Shown piece after piece: positions 20,113 through 28,983 of a stretch of DNA of 64,000 nucleotides; positions within the stretch are counted from its first letter, which is position 1; each line of letters begins with the position of its first letter. This DNA is from a virus (Duplodnaviria > Heunggongvirae > Uroviricota > Caudoviricetes). A program made the translations under genes and the position numbers. A model generated the notes under the pieces. That model made no database searches. It had not been told where the DNA came from and worked only from the letters and a program-made list of their open reading frames with translations. The stretch is taken from IMG/VR virus record IMGVR_UViG_2974578479_000001, positions 64,001 through 128,000 of that record, one strand, 5' to 3'.

Positions 20113-20879
20113 AACTCGGTGATCGTATTAAACTGTACGAAAAAATGGAAACCTCAAACAAATTTATGCCATGGCTTCCGATTTATGCACGTATCGATGG
20201 TCGTTCATTTAGTAAATTTACTAATGGTATGATTAAACCATACGATCCTATTCTTAGTCGTATTATGCAAGAAGTTACTGCGTATCTTGTTAAAGAAACG
20301 AGTGCATGTATTGGTTATACTCAATCGGATGAAATTAGCTTAGTGTTTATGCAAAAATCACCAGAGAGTGATGTTTTCTTTAGTGGTAAGAAGCAGAAAA
20401 TGGTTTCAGTACTTGCAGCATTAGCTACTGCTAAGTTCATTGAACTTGCACTGAAATTCTATCCTGAAGAATGTGCAAAACGTCTTCCAGTGTTTGATTG
20501 TCGTGTATTTCAGGTTCCAAATAAATCTGAGGCGGCGAACTGTTTGATTTGGCGGTCACAAGATGCAATTCGTAACAGTATTCAAATGGCTGGACGTGCA
20601 GTATTCTCGCATAAAGAACTAGATCGTAAAAATCAAAATGATATTCTTGATATGCTTATCAATGAAAAGGGTATCAACTGGAATGAATATCCTAAGTTCT
20701 TTAAAGAAGGTTCATTCTTCCAACGAGTAACTTATATGAAAGAAGTACTTGATGGGGAACCAGTGATGCGGTCTAAAGTTGATGAAGTTATCGTTGATAC
20801 AAAATTTGAAGATCTCAATACTGAAGAAAAGGTTAAACTTATTTTTGGAGATGAGGATGTTCAAAAAACGCAAGAATAA
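20109..20879 (+). CDS. thg1: tRNA(His) guanylyltransferase / Thg1-like protein
   Basis: ARIDGRSFSKFT..KPYD..GYTQSDEISL..FDCRV..WRSQDAIRNS. Confidence 0.9.
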   Translation: MKLGDRIKLYEKMETSNKFMPWLPIYARIDGRSFSKFTNGMIKPYDPILSRIMQEVTAYLVKETSACIGYTQSDEISLVFMQKSPESDVFFSGKKQKMVSVLAALATAKFIELALKFYPEECAKRLPVFDCRVFQVPNKSEAANCLIWRSQDAIRNSIQMAGRAVFSHKELDRKNQNDILDMLINEKGINWNEYPKFFKEGSFFQRVTYMKEVLDGEPVMRSKVDEVIVDTKFEDLNTEEKVKLIFGDEDVQKTQE

Positions 20880-21363
20880 AATTTCTCCAGATGAGAAGTA
20901 CTTGATTGCGTATATATTACGAGGGAGCACTAGCTCCCTTTTGAATTATATGGCAACTCATCCATATGGAATGAATGCTGCTCGAAAAGATATAATTAAA
21001 ATCAAGTACTGGTTTTCTAAATGCCATCCTGTTGTTCAAAATCTTATTCGTAAAATGGTAACGAAATTTGAGTACTTTAACATTGACACGAATTTACATT
21101 ATAATTTTCATGATGATGATTACATTGTATATACCACAACGGATATAGATACTGGATATTGGTTCAGATGTTATGATATTGGTTGTGGTCAACCGGATAT
21201 TAAAATTGCGGAAGATGGGATTTTAACCAACTCATCACTTGAACACAAAATGTTTGTATATGCGATAAAGTCTGTTTCGTACATCAAAGAAAATATTGTT
21301 CAAATTCAAAAAGATCAAAAAACGGATCAAATGAAACAACAATATATGGAAGTATATAAATGA
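20857..21363 (+). CDS. Hypothetical protein, paralogue family A
   Basis: ILRGS..IIKIKYWFSKCHP. Confidence 0.65.
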   Translation: MFKKRKNKISPDEKYLIAYILRGSTSSLLNYMATHPYGMNAARKDIIKIKYWFSKCHPVVQNLIRKMVTKFEYFNIDTNLHYNFHDDDYIVYTTTDIDTGYWFRCYDIGCGQPDIKIAEDGILTNSSLEHKMFVYAIKSVSYIKENIVQIQKDQKTDQMKQQYMEVYK

Positions 21364-21662
21364 ATTATATTACTCCTATATTAATAAATCGTCATAAAGA
21401 AAAATTTGACATTTATATTGGTCGTGGTACAATATGGGGAAATCCACACCCTATTGACAAAGGTGCTGGTATTTCCCGACAAGTTTCTATAGAAATGTAC
21501 AAAGATCACTTGTATTCTTCGATTGAAGCTGGTACAATCACCATAGATGACTTTTTAAGCCTCTCAGGTAAACGAATAGGCTGTTCATGTGCACCGTTGC
21601 CATGTCACGGTGATGTAATAATTGAAGTATTCAATGAAATTGTTGCAATGTTGCAATGCTAA
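21360..21662 (+). CDS. DUF4326-like protein
   Basis: DIYIGRGTIWGNP..GKRIGCSCAPLPCHGDVI. Confidence 0.8.
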   Translation: MNYITPILINRHKEKFDIYIGRGTIWGNPHPIDKGAGISRQVSIEMYKDHLYSSIEAGTITIDDFLSLSGKRIGCSCAPLPCHGDVIIEVFNEIVAMLQC

Positions 21663-22160
21663 ATGAAAATTGAGGTTCAGATGAAACGTTCAGAAGTTTT
21701 ATTTGCAATACTAAGAAAGAGTAAAAAAGTACTTGAAGAATTTGCAGTTTCTAATCGTCAACGTAAATTCATTATTGAAATGAAATATAATTATTCTAAA
21801 CTACAACCAACATTACGCAACATGATGCGTATTATGGCTACTGACATTGAACGTTTTGAACTTTTAAATGAGAAAAATATGAAAGACGTTCTTGAAAATT
21901 TTCATTTAAGTGGTATGGAACGTCCCGAATGTTACATCGAACAACACCCAGCATTGATTGATATTAATACTGGTAAAAAGTTTATTATCAAGCGTGAAGA
22001 AATTATTTCTGGTGATGTTGTTGTATTCAAAGATGCTGAACATAAAGCATTTATTGTAGCATATAATTGTTTAGTATTGGCTAAAGAAAATCAGGAAATC
22101 ATGATTCGAACTCGTGATGAAGAAGAAAAACGCCAATCAGTACTTTCAGAATATCAGTGA
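21663..22160 (+). CDS. Hypothetical protein, paralogue family A
   Basis: ILRKS..IIEMKYNYSKLQP..MATDIERF. Confidence 0.7.
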   Translation: MKIEVQMKRSEVLFAILRKSKKVLEEFAVSNRQRKFIIEMKYNYSKLQPTLRNMMRIMATDIERFELLNEKNMKDVLENFHLSGMERPECYIEQHPALIDINTGKKFIIKREEIISGDVVVFKDAEHKAFIVAYNCLVLAKENQEIMIRTRDEEEKRQSVLSEYQ

Positions 22161-22732
22161 GGATAATGATGAATGATATTATGTTGATGATTCTGATGTT
22201 CAGGCAGAATTCAAAACTTTTAAAAGAATATACTAATAGCGATTCGGCTACAGTTCGAAAAGAATATCGAAAAAAATTGATTCAAATAAAGTCGTATCTT
22301 TCGACTATCAGTTCTGAGCAATATAACATTATAAAAGCTATCAGTACTGATTTTGATCGTTTTAACGTTTTCCATATGAAAACAGATTATAATCCCCAAA
22401 TGAGTATGGTAAGATTAAGGTTTTCCTTCATACATCCTTCAACTGGTGAAATATACCGAATTATAGATCGAGCAAATTCAAATGGATACTATCATCCATT
22501 AGTACTACATGATACTAAAATGGATGTTTTCTTTATATTAGACCGAGATACAACTATAGTAGATAATGTTGAAGTTTTTGAAAAAGGTGAACATAATCTA
22601 CTAGTTAAATTTGTTTCAGAATTACAAAAAGCTAAAGAACGTGAAGCACATATTTTACACCAGAAAAAAGTGCGTGAAGAAGAATTAGCCAAGGAACGTA
22701 AAAAAGCAAGCATTCTAGCAAAATATTCATAA
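22157..22732 (+). CDS. Hypothetical protein, paralogue family A (divergent)
   Basis: LIQIKSYLS..ISTDFDRF; C-terminal coiled coil. Confidence 0.65.
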   Translation: MRIMMNDIMLMILMFRQNSKLLKEYTNSDSATVRKEYRKKLIQIKSYLSTISSEQYNIIKAISTDFDRFNVFHMKTDYNPQMSMVRLRFSFIHPSTGEIYRIIDRANSNGYYHPLVLHDTKMDVFFILDRDTTIVDNVEVFEKGEHNLLVKFVSELQKAKEREAHILHQKKVREEELAKERKKASILAKYS

Positions 22733-22740
22733 GGAAAGTA

Positions 22741-23601
22741 ATGGAATATAACGGACAATTCCCGCACCAAACAATTGAATTTAACTCAAGTACAGTCATT
22801 GTGATAAACGGTGACTGTACTGAAGTACTTAAAGAATTGAATGAATTAGGTTTTAAGTTTAACACAACTATAACATCCCCACCATATGCTGAACAACGCA
22901 AAGATGTATACGATAGTATTAGTCCTGCTGATTTTCCATCATGGTATACCGGAATAAGTACTGACATTATGAATGTTCTTCATGATGATGGTTCTTATTT
23001 CTTTAATATTAAAGAACATGTTGACAAAGGTAAGCGTGATGTATATGTATACAAAACAATTATTGATATGTCTAATGTTTATAATTGGAGTGATGAATAT
23101 ATTTGGAATAAAACAAATCCATTCCCAACTGGTGCAAAAACTAGATTAAAAGATGGGTTTGAAAGAATATATCAATTTAATCATACTACGAAATATAAAT
23201 TCTTTCCAGATGAAGTTAAAGTTCAGAGTACTTCAAAATATCTAGAAAGTGAGAAGAAAAGAAAAAACAAAGGTGAACATAACGTTAACAATGGTTCCTC
23301 TATGAACATGACTAAGCGTGTTGCTGAAGACATGGTTAGACCAAGTAACGTTCTAACTTGCAGTACCAGTAATTTAAATATTGGTCATCCAGCAGTATTC
23401 CCTATTGATATTCCCAACTTCTATATAAAATTAACTACTGAGCCTAATGATTGGGTACTAGACCCGTTTGGTGGTTCAGGAACTACCGCACTTAGTTCAA
23501 TACAACTTGGACGAAATTGTGTTCTAATAGAAAAATCTGAACAGTACTATAATCTAATTATAGAACGATTACTACAATATGGTAGGGAGAATTATCAATG
23601 A
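22741..23601 (+). CDS. Beta-class DNA amino-methyltransferase (N4-C/N6-A)
   Basis: TSPPY precedes HPAVFP..VLDPFGGSGTT..IEKSEQY. Confidence 0.9.
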   Translation: MEYNGQFPHQTIEFNSSTVIVINGDCTEVLKELNELGFKFNTTITSPPYAEQRKDVYDSISPADFPSWYTGISTDIMNVLHDDGSYFFNIKEHVDKGKRDVYVYKTIIDMSNVYNWSDEYIWNKTNPFPTGAKTRLKDGFERIYQFNHTTKYKFFPDEVKVQSTSKYLESEKKRKNKGEHNVNNGSSMNMTKRVAEDMVRPSNVLTCSTSNLNIGHPAVFPIDIPNFYIKLTTEPNDWVLDPFGGSGTTALSSIQLGRNCVLIEKSEQYYNLIIERLLQYGRENYQ

Positions 23602-23888
23602 GTGATGATAGATTAAATCAACGAATGAATGAAGAAGCAAAAAGTGTTGAAGTTTTTAACTTAACTAAATCTAGTGATGTTTTTAGATTATTGTCTGAAA
23701 CAGTTGAAACGCCAAAAGAGTTAGAACCAGTACTTGCTAAAATTGCTGTAATTGGAGAACTTGGTAAATCTTCATGGTATGAAGTAGTATATCATAACGG
23801 AGATGAATGGTGCTGTTATGCTGGATCAAAAACATTCCAAGATGGTGAACGAGTTTTGGATTGGAAATATTGTACTGATGTTTTATAA
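23598..23888 (+). CDS. Hypothetical protein
   Basis: ATGA overlap with the upstream stop. Confidence 0.6.
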   Translation: MSDDRLNQRMNEEAKSVEVFNLTKSSDVFRLLSETVETPKELEPVLAKIAVIGELGKSSWYEVVYHNGDEWCCYAGSKTFQDGERVLDWKYCTDVL

Positions 23889-23897
23889 GGAAAAAAA

Positions 23898-25142
23898 ATG
23901 AAAAATAATCACCTAGACAATTTAATTGTTAGACACCTTGCAGGTTCACAAGCTTATGGCACAAGTACACCTACATCAGATACTGACTATAGAGGTATTT
24001 TTGTTGCTGATAAAGAATTCATCATTACTCCATTCTTTAAAGTTAATGAAGTTAATGATGCATCCGAAGAAGATACTAAGTATTATGAACTTAACAACTA
24101 TATGCAACTTTATTTGACTGCTAATCCAAATATTCTTGAATCTCTTTGGGTAGATGAGTCTGATATTGTTTTTAAAAATGAAATGTATGATCATCTTCGT
24201 TCCGCTCGTACTGAACTTCTATCCACAAAAATTGCATTTACATACACTGGCTATGCTCATAACCAAGCGAAACGTATGAAAAATCACCACACATGGATGG
24301 AAAAAGAGCGTACTGGTGTTCGTATTTTACAAGAACTAATTGACCAATATCCATGCGAACAAATGGTTCAATGGATTGGCGATTCATTCCCATCTTATAT
24401 TATGAATCTAGTTAATCTAGAAAAAGCACGTGGTGTTTGGATTAAAGGTATTATTGATTTTGAAAAATTTATGCGTAATGCTTCATTGCAAATGCTAAGT
24501 ACTAATCCATTAAAACAATACCACTTTGTAAAATTAGTACATAACTATTTTGACCACCAAGTACTTGATCGTGATTTTAATATTCTAAATTATAATCATG
24601 GATACCAACTTGTTCCTTATGGAGATAACATTTTTGGTCTTGTTGAGCGGGAAGGTTCTAAAACTATTAATGATGATGGTAGTATTCATCGTATTGATAC
24701 TTCAAATCTTACACTACAAGAGGTGAAAGAAACACCTAAATTGATCGTTAAATTCAACAAGGATGAATATGAGAAAAGTTCTGACAATCGTCACAACTAT
24801 CATCATTGGAAGGAAAATCGTAATGAAGCTCGTTCTGAACTAGAACAGTTAAATGGTTATGATACCAAACATGCAATGCACGTTGTTCGTCTACTACGTA
24901 CTGCTGAAGAAGCCTTAGAAACTGGTGAAATTCATGTTAAACGACCTGATGCAGCAGAACTTTTAGCTATCCGAAATGGTGCGTGGAGTTATGATGAAAT
25001 GATGCAGTACTGGAATGAAAAAGACCAGTATATTCGTGAAGTACTATATAAACAATCAGATTTACCAAAAAATCCCGATATTCATAAAGCAGCACAGCTA
25101 CTTATTGAACTTCGTGAAATTCAATGGTATGGGAAAAAATAA
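23898..25142 (+). CDS. DNA polymerase beta-superfamily nucleotidyltransferase
   Basis: LAGSQAYGTSTPTSDTDYRGIF (GS..DxD), ANPNILESLW, YDTKHAMHVVRLL. Confidence 0.85.
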   Translation: MKNNHLDNLIVRHLAGSQAYGTSTPTSDTDYRGIFVADKEFIITPFFKVNEVNDASEEDTKYYELNNYMQLYLTANPNILESLWVDESDIVFKNEMYDHLRSARTELLSTKIAFTYTGYAHNQAKRMKNHHTWMEKERTGVRILQELIDQYPCEQMVQWIGDSFPSYIMNLVNLEKARGVWIKGIIDFEKFMRNASLQMLSTNPLKQYHFVKLVHNYFDHQVLDRDFNILNYNHGYQLVPYGDNIFGLVEREGSKTINDDGSIHRIDTSNLTLQEVKETPKLIVKFNKDEYEKSSDNRHNYHHWKENRNEARSELEQLNGYDTKHAMHVVRLLRTAEEALETGEIHVKRPDAAELLAIRNGAWSYDEMMQYWNEKDQYIREVLYKQSDLPKNPDIHKAAQLLIELREIQWYGKK

Positions 25143-25570
25143 TGAACTTACTAGAACAATTTAAAACTGCACAAGCAGTTTATCTAGGTCTTATCAATGA
25201 ACACGGCTCTGATATTATCGTGGAGCTACTTAACGACATTCAATCTCGTCATCCAAAATTTAATGCAACTACAATTGTAGGTTATACTCCAGAATGGAAT
25301 GATGGCGAAGCATGTGAACATAGTTCTGATATTTGTGTATCATATCTATCAGATGATATTCTTGATAAACTTACTGATATGACCGAATCATTAGGTGAAG
25401 ACTTTGAACTTAATGATATGTCTCGTGAAGAAGCACGTGATATTGAAAAACAACTCAATCTCGCAGATGTAATTTTACAAGAAATCTATGGTACTAATTA
25501 CCAACTTGGTGCAATCTTTGTAGATGGTACTTTTAAACTTTTCCACTCTGAATATGAATGCGGGTACTAA
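25142..25570 (+). CDS. Hypothetical protein, paralogue family B (1 of 3)
   Basis: GYTPEWNDGEACEHS..YECGY. Confidence 0.75.
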   Translation: MNLLEQFKTAQAVYLGLINEHGSDIIVELLNDIQSRHPKFNATTIVGYTPEWNDGEACEHSSDICVSYLSDDILDKLTDMTESLGEDFELNDMSREEARDIEKQLNLADVILQEIYGTNYQLGAIFVDGTFKLFHSEYECGY

Positions 25571-26064
25571 TTATGTCAATTTATAATGATTATAAAACAA
25601 AGAAAAACGAATATTTTACTTTTCTAAATTCTAATAAAAACGATATTTTCAATTCAGCAATTGAAGAATTGAAATTACTAATACCTGATGTAAAAACTAT
25701 TGGTATTATTGGATATACACCAGGATTTAATGATGGTGAACCATGTACCCATAGTTCGTATTCATTTTTTGATGATTTCGGGGAATTAATAGAATTATCC
25801 GATTACAATTCTGAAGTACTCTCATGTTTCAACATTCCTGAAGATGTACTAGATGAAGATGAAAGTGATATTTATGATTGGATTAGTGACAATACTTCAC
25901 TAAAATTAACATCAGCAGATCGACAATTGGGTAATGCAATTATGAGTGATTTGGAAGCATTGGCTGAAGATATTTGGTACACAGACTTCATTATCATGGT
26001 TGACCTATCTGAAAATACGCCAGTCGTTAAGCATATTGAATATCAGTGCGGGTACTAATTATGT
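25559..26064 (+). repeat. 18-bp direct repeat at two gene junctions
   Basis: TGCGGGTACTAATTATGT at 25559-25576 and 26047-26064. Confidence 0.9.
25573..26058 (+). CDS. Hypothetical protein, paralogue family B (2 of 3)
   Basis: GYTPGFNDGEPCTHS..YQCGY. Confidence 0.75.
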   Translation: MSIYNDYKTKKNEYFTFLNSNKNDIFNSAIEELKLLIPDVKTIGIIGYTPGFNDGEPCTHSSYSFFDDFGELIELSDYNSEVLSCFNIPEDVLDEDESDIYDWISDNTSLKLTSADRQLGNAIMSDLEALAEDIWYTDFIIMVDLSENTPVVKHIEYQCGY

Positions 26065-26534
26065 TTGATAAAATTACTATTGCTTCAAAGGAATACAAAG
26101 CTGCGATAAAGCAGCTTAAAACAACTTTACGAAATGAATTCAATGATAAATTGAAATCTGACTGCACAGAACTCAAATCCGCGTACCCTAATTTGGATCG
26201 TATTTTTATTCTTGGTAGCACTCCAGAATGGAATGATGGTGAAGAATGTACTCATGACTCATCTGTGTATATTGAAAATACTTCTAATTACAGCGACTGT
26301 AAAGAATATTTTGAGTGTGTATTTGGATGGGATGAACCTGAAATTCCTGAGCATTTAGTAGATTCTAACAAGAATCTATCTGATAATGATGTTACAGAAA
26401 TTAAAAATATTATTCGTCAAAGTGGTTTAGAAAATATTCTAGAAGTAATTTATGAAACTAACTTCAACGTTGTGATCGATTTTACTGGCGACGAAGTACA
26501 AGTGACGGTAGAAGACTATGAATGTGGACACTAA
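26061..26534 (+). CDS. Hypothetical protein, paralogue family B (3 of 3)
   Basis: GSTPEWNDGEECTHD..YECGH. Confidence 0.75.
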   Translation: MFDKITIASKEYKAAIKQLKTTLRNEFNDKLKSDCTELKSAYPNLDRIFILGSTPEWNDGEECTHDSSVYIENTSNYSDCKEYFECVFGWDEPEIPEHLVDSNKNLSDNDVTEIKNIIRQSGLENILEVIYETNFNVVIDFTGDEVQVTVEDYECGH

Positions 26535-27093
26535 TACATTAAATCCATCAGGAAGTATCGAGTTGAACCTATTTTCATGGGAGATTCCAGAGAATCTTCC
26601 AGAACAAGAATTCAAATATGAAAAACCAAAAAAAGTACTTGAAAATATTCCATCTGAAATGGCTGAATTAGTCCAGAAAATGATTGATGAAGTTCAAAAG
26701 TACGATTCTCGTAGTGTTGTTGTTGATTATAAAGTTAGGAACCTTAAAGCTGGAGATACTGGTTCTAAAATCTATGGGTATCACTTGGACTGTTGTAATG
26801 ACATTCATGATGATTTTGAACCTGAAACCCATATTTTATTTGGTACAGTACAAGGTACTAGTTTTATTATGAATCCAATCAATGTTTCAATATACGACAC
26901 TGTTGATGATGTAATTAAAAACGAAGTACTTTTGGAATCAATATGTGCAACAAATACTGCACATAAGTACACTAGTAAAGTACTTCATAATTGTCCAATT
27001 ATTGAACACGATTGTCAACGAGTTTTGATTCGTGTAACTGCTGGATTCAAAGAAAGGATCAAAAATGCAAAAGCTAAACAACATCAAGTCTGA
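26518..27093 (+). CDS. Possible 2OG-Fe(II) oxygenase-like protein
   Basis: GYHLD (HxD)...LHNCP...QRVLIRV spacing. Confidence 0.4.
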   Translation: MNVDTNTLNPSGSIELNLFSWEIPENLPEQEFKYEKPKKVLENIPSEMAELVQKMIDEVQKYDSRSVVVDYKVRNLKAGDTGSKIYGYHLDCCNDIHDDFEPETHILFGTVQGTSFIMNPINVSIYDTVDDVIKNEVLLESICATNTAHKYTSKVLHNCPIIEHDCQRVLIRVTAGFKERIKNAKAKQHQV

Positions 27094-27469
27094 GTTATCA
27101 TCGGTTTATTTGAATGCAAAAGATTCAATTGAACGTTATAATATCCTAAATGAGATGGAAAAATACATGAATGAACTACGTACTAACTTTGTTGAAAAAT
27201 TAAACAAAGCTGAAGAACAAGGTCACGGTGTATTAGCACGACTACAAAATATCGTCGCAGAACATTGTATTCCAGAATATGATGTATCTGAGGTTATGCA
27301 TGATGAAACTGTATCGTTACGTCATGTAATTAATGAATTAGGTCTAGATTCTCTCGATGAAATTGAAATTATAATGTCTATTGAAGAATGTTTTGAGGTC
27401 GAATTGCCTGATTATGATCTAGAACTTTGTCAAACCATTAATGATGTAATTAAACTTATACAAAAATAA
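27065..27469 (+). CDS. Acyl carrier protein-like domain with N-terminal helical extension
   Basis: ELGLDSLDEIEIIMSIEECFEVELPD..QTINDVIKLI closely follows the ACP DSL signature. Confidence 0.8.
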   Translation: MQKLNNIKSELSSVYLNAKDSIERYNILNEMEKYMNELRTNFVEKLNKAEEQGHGVLARLQNIVAEHCIPEYDVSEVMHDETVSLRHVINELGLDSLDEIEIIMSIEECFEVELPDYDLELCQTINDVIKLIQK

Positions 27470-27475
27470 GTACAT

Positions 27476-27503
27476 AAAACCCGCTACCAAAGGCGGGTTT
27501 TTT
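27476..27503 (+). terminator. Intrinsic terminator
   Basis: AAAACCCGC-loop-GCGGGTTTTTT. Confidence 0.85.
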
Positions 27504-27544
27504 CGTAAATATGGTATATACCTAAGCATTATTGAGGTGCAACC

Positions 27545-27910
27545 ATGTTAGAATTTATTAAGTTATACAAATGGCCTATCGGGTTAGCAGCATTCTTACT
27601 ATACACAGTACTAATGCTATTTTCTGGCTGGCAAGTACATACCTATTATGTTGGTTATCAACAAAATATTGAACAAAAAATAGAAAAGATAGTAGATAAT
27701 GGAGTTAGAAATTATCAACAAAATCAAGCTAAGGGTCTTGAAGATACAAAATCATTATTAGATAATGCTAGAGTTAATACAATTATTAAAGAACCAACAA
27801 TAATAAACCGACCAATCTATATGCAACAATGTATGGATCAAGCTGGTGTAGATTTGTTGAAACAATATAAATTGGACTCTAAAGCAGCAATAGAAGGAAC
27901 TAAAAAATGA
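27545..27910 (+). CDS. Inner-membrane spanin (Rz-like)
   Basis: N-terminal TM, periplasmic coiled coil with C-terminal Cys, directly upstream of a lipoprotein. Confidence 0.7.
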   Translation: MLEFIKLYKWPIGLAAFLLYTVLMLFSGWQVHTYYVGYQQNIEQKIEKIVDNGVRNYQQNQAKGLEDTKSLLDNARVNTIIKEPTIINRPIYMQQCMDQAGVDLLKQYKLDSKAAIEGTKK

Positions 27911-28218
27911 GAAAAATAAAATTATTCTTAATGGTTCTTGTTCTACTAATGACTGTACTTTTAAGTGCATGTAGTACGATTCCGGTTCAAACTAAACCTA
28001 TTATAGAACAGCAATCATTACTTAAAAAATGTACTACTGATACACCATTACCTACCCAATTTGTCCTTGACGAAAAAGGTCAACCAGTGTATACTGGACA
28101 GGAATTATACAAAACGCTTCGTGACTGGCAGACAGTTTACAATGACTGTGCGAGTACACATAATAAGCTAGTTGATACAATCAACGGGCTACAAGAGATG
28201 AAAGAAGTTAAGAAATAA
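27907..28218 (+). CDS. Outer-membrane spanin lipoprotein (Rz1-like)
   Basis: LLSAC lipobox; Pro-rich segment; YNDCASTHNKLVD. Confidence 0.7.
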   Translation: MRKIKLFLMVLVLLMTVLLSACSTIPVQTKPIIEQQSLLKKCTTDTPLPTQFVLDEKGQPVYTGQELYKTLRDWQTVYNDCASTHNKLVDTINGLQEMKEVKK

Positions 28219-28219
28219 C

Positions 28220-28247
28220 TTGACATTATTGAAAAATTTGCTAAAAT
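28220..28247 (+). promoter_or_regulatory. Sigma70-type promoter with extended -10
   Basis: TTGACA-16 bp-TAAAAT preceded by TGn. Confidence 0.6.
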
Positions 28248-28248
28248 A

Positions 28249-28274
28249 AAGGAAATCGTGAGGTTTCCTTTTTT
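28249..28274 (+). terminator. Intrinsic terminator
   Basis: AAGGAAATC-gtga-GGTTTCCTT plus T-run. Confidence 0.75.
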
Positions 28275-28292
28275 CGTTTGTGGAGTTAGATC

Positions 28293-28682
28293 ATGTTGAA
28301 AGATTTAGAATTTTCTGGTTTAGAAGTTATTAGTGCTACAAAAAACATCAATGACTACGATACAGAAAAAGATTTTATTATTGCTATTACTATGGTACGC
28401 AATGAAGATTCTTATTCACATTTGACTGGAATTGAAAAATTAATACATGAAACTAACCTACAAAATGATAACAAATATATTAAGTTAAGTTGTACATATC
28501 GTACAAATGATAAGGGACAAATAGTTCTTCCTATCAAAATTGCATACAATGGTAGTACTGAGAAGTACTCTAAACGTGCATACTATGATCGTGATTTAAC
28601 CCCCGATTTGTTTGAAGATATTGCATTTATTGATGATTTCTTTGAACGCACACCAACTGAAATTAAACGTTTATATATGTGA
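28293..28682 (+). CDS. Hypothetical protein
   Basis: GGAG RBS. Confidence 0.7.
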   Translation: MLKDLEFSGLEVISATKNINDYDTEKDFIIAITMVRNEDSYSHLTGIEKLIHETNLQNDNKYIKLSCTYRTNDKGQIVLPIKIAYNGSTEKYSKRAYYDRDLTPDLFEDIAFIDDFFERTPTEIKRLYM

Positions 28683-28689
28683 GGAAATA

Positions 28690-28947
28690 ATGAACGATGT
28701 ATATTATCGTATTATCCGTTCATACGAGGATGATGAACTACTTCGAGTAGTAACTATGCAAGATTTTGATGAATATGATTATGACCATAGTCGTTTTCTA
28801 TGTGCTAAAGGAACAAATGAACGTTTACAATTTAGTACTGAAGAAAAAGCTATCAAATTCTTAAATGATAATATCAATCTAGAAAATATTGATCCAGAGT
28901 TTAGGGTAAAGACTCAGAATTATAATGACAAATTCTATAAAGATTGA
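28690..28947 (+). CDS. Hypothetical protein
   Basis: GAGG RBS before ATG 28690. Confidence 0.65.
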   Translation: MNDVYYRIIRSYEDDELLRVVTMQDFDEYDYDHSRFLCAKGTNERLQFSTEEKAIKFLNDNINLENIDPEFRVKTQNYNDKFYKD

Positions 28948-28952
28948 AATAA

Positions 28953-28982
28953 GTGAAACACATTAAAAAAATGTGGTATAAT
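28953..28982 (+). promoter_or_regulatory. Promoter, TGAAAC/TGGTATAAT class
   Basis: GTGAAA-18 bp-TATAAT with GTGG extension. Confidence 0.65.
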
Positions 28983-28983
28983 A

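Noticed and set aside
25559-26064. CRISPR-like or att-site interpretation of the 18-bp repeat
   Set aside because: Only two copies, separated by a whole gene and coinciding with paralogue junctions; no cas or integrase gene in the window
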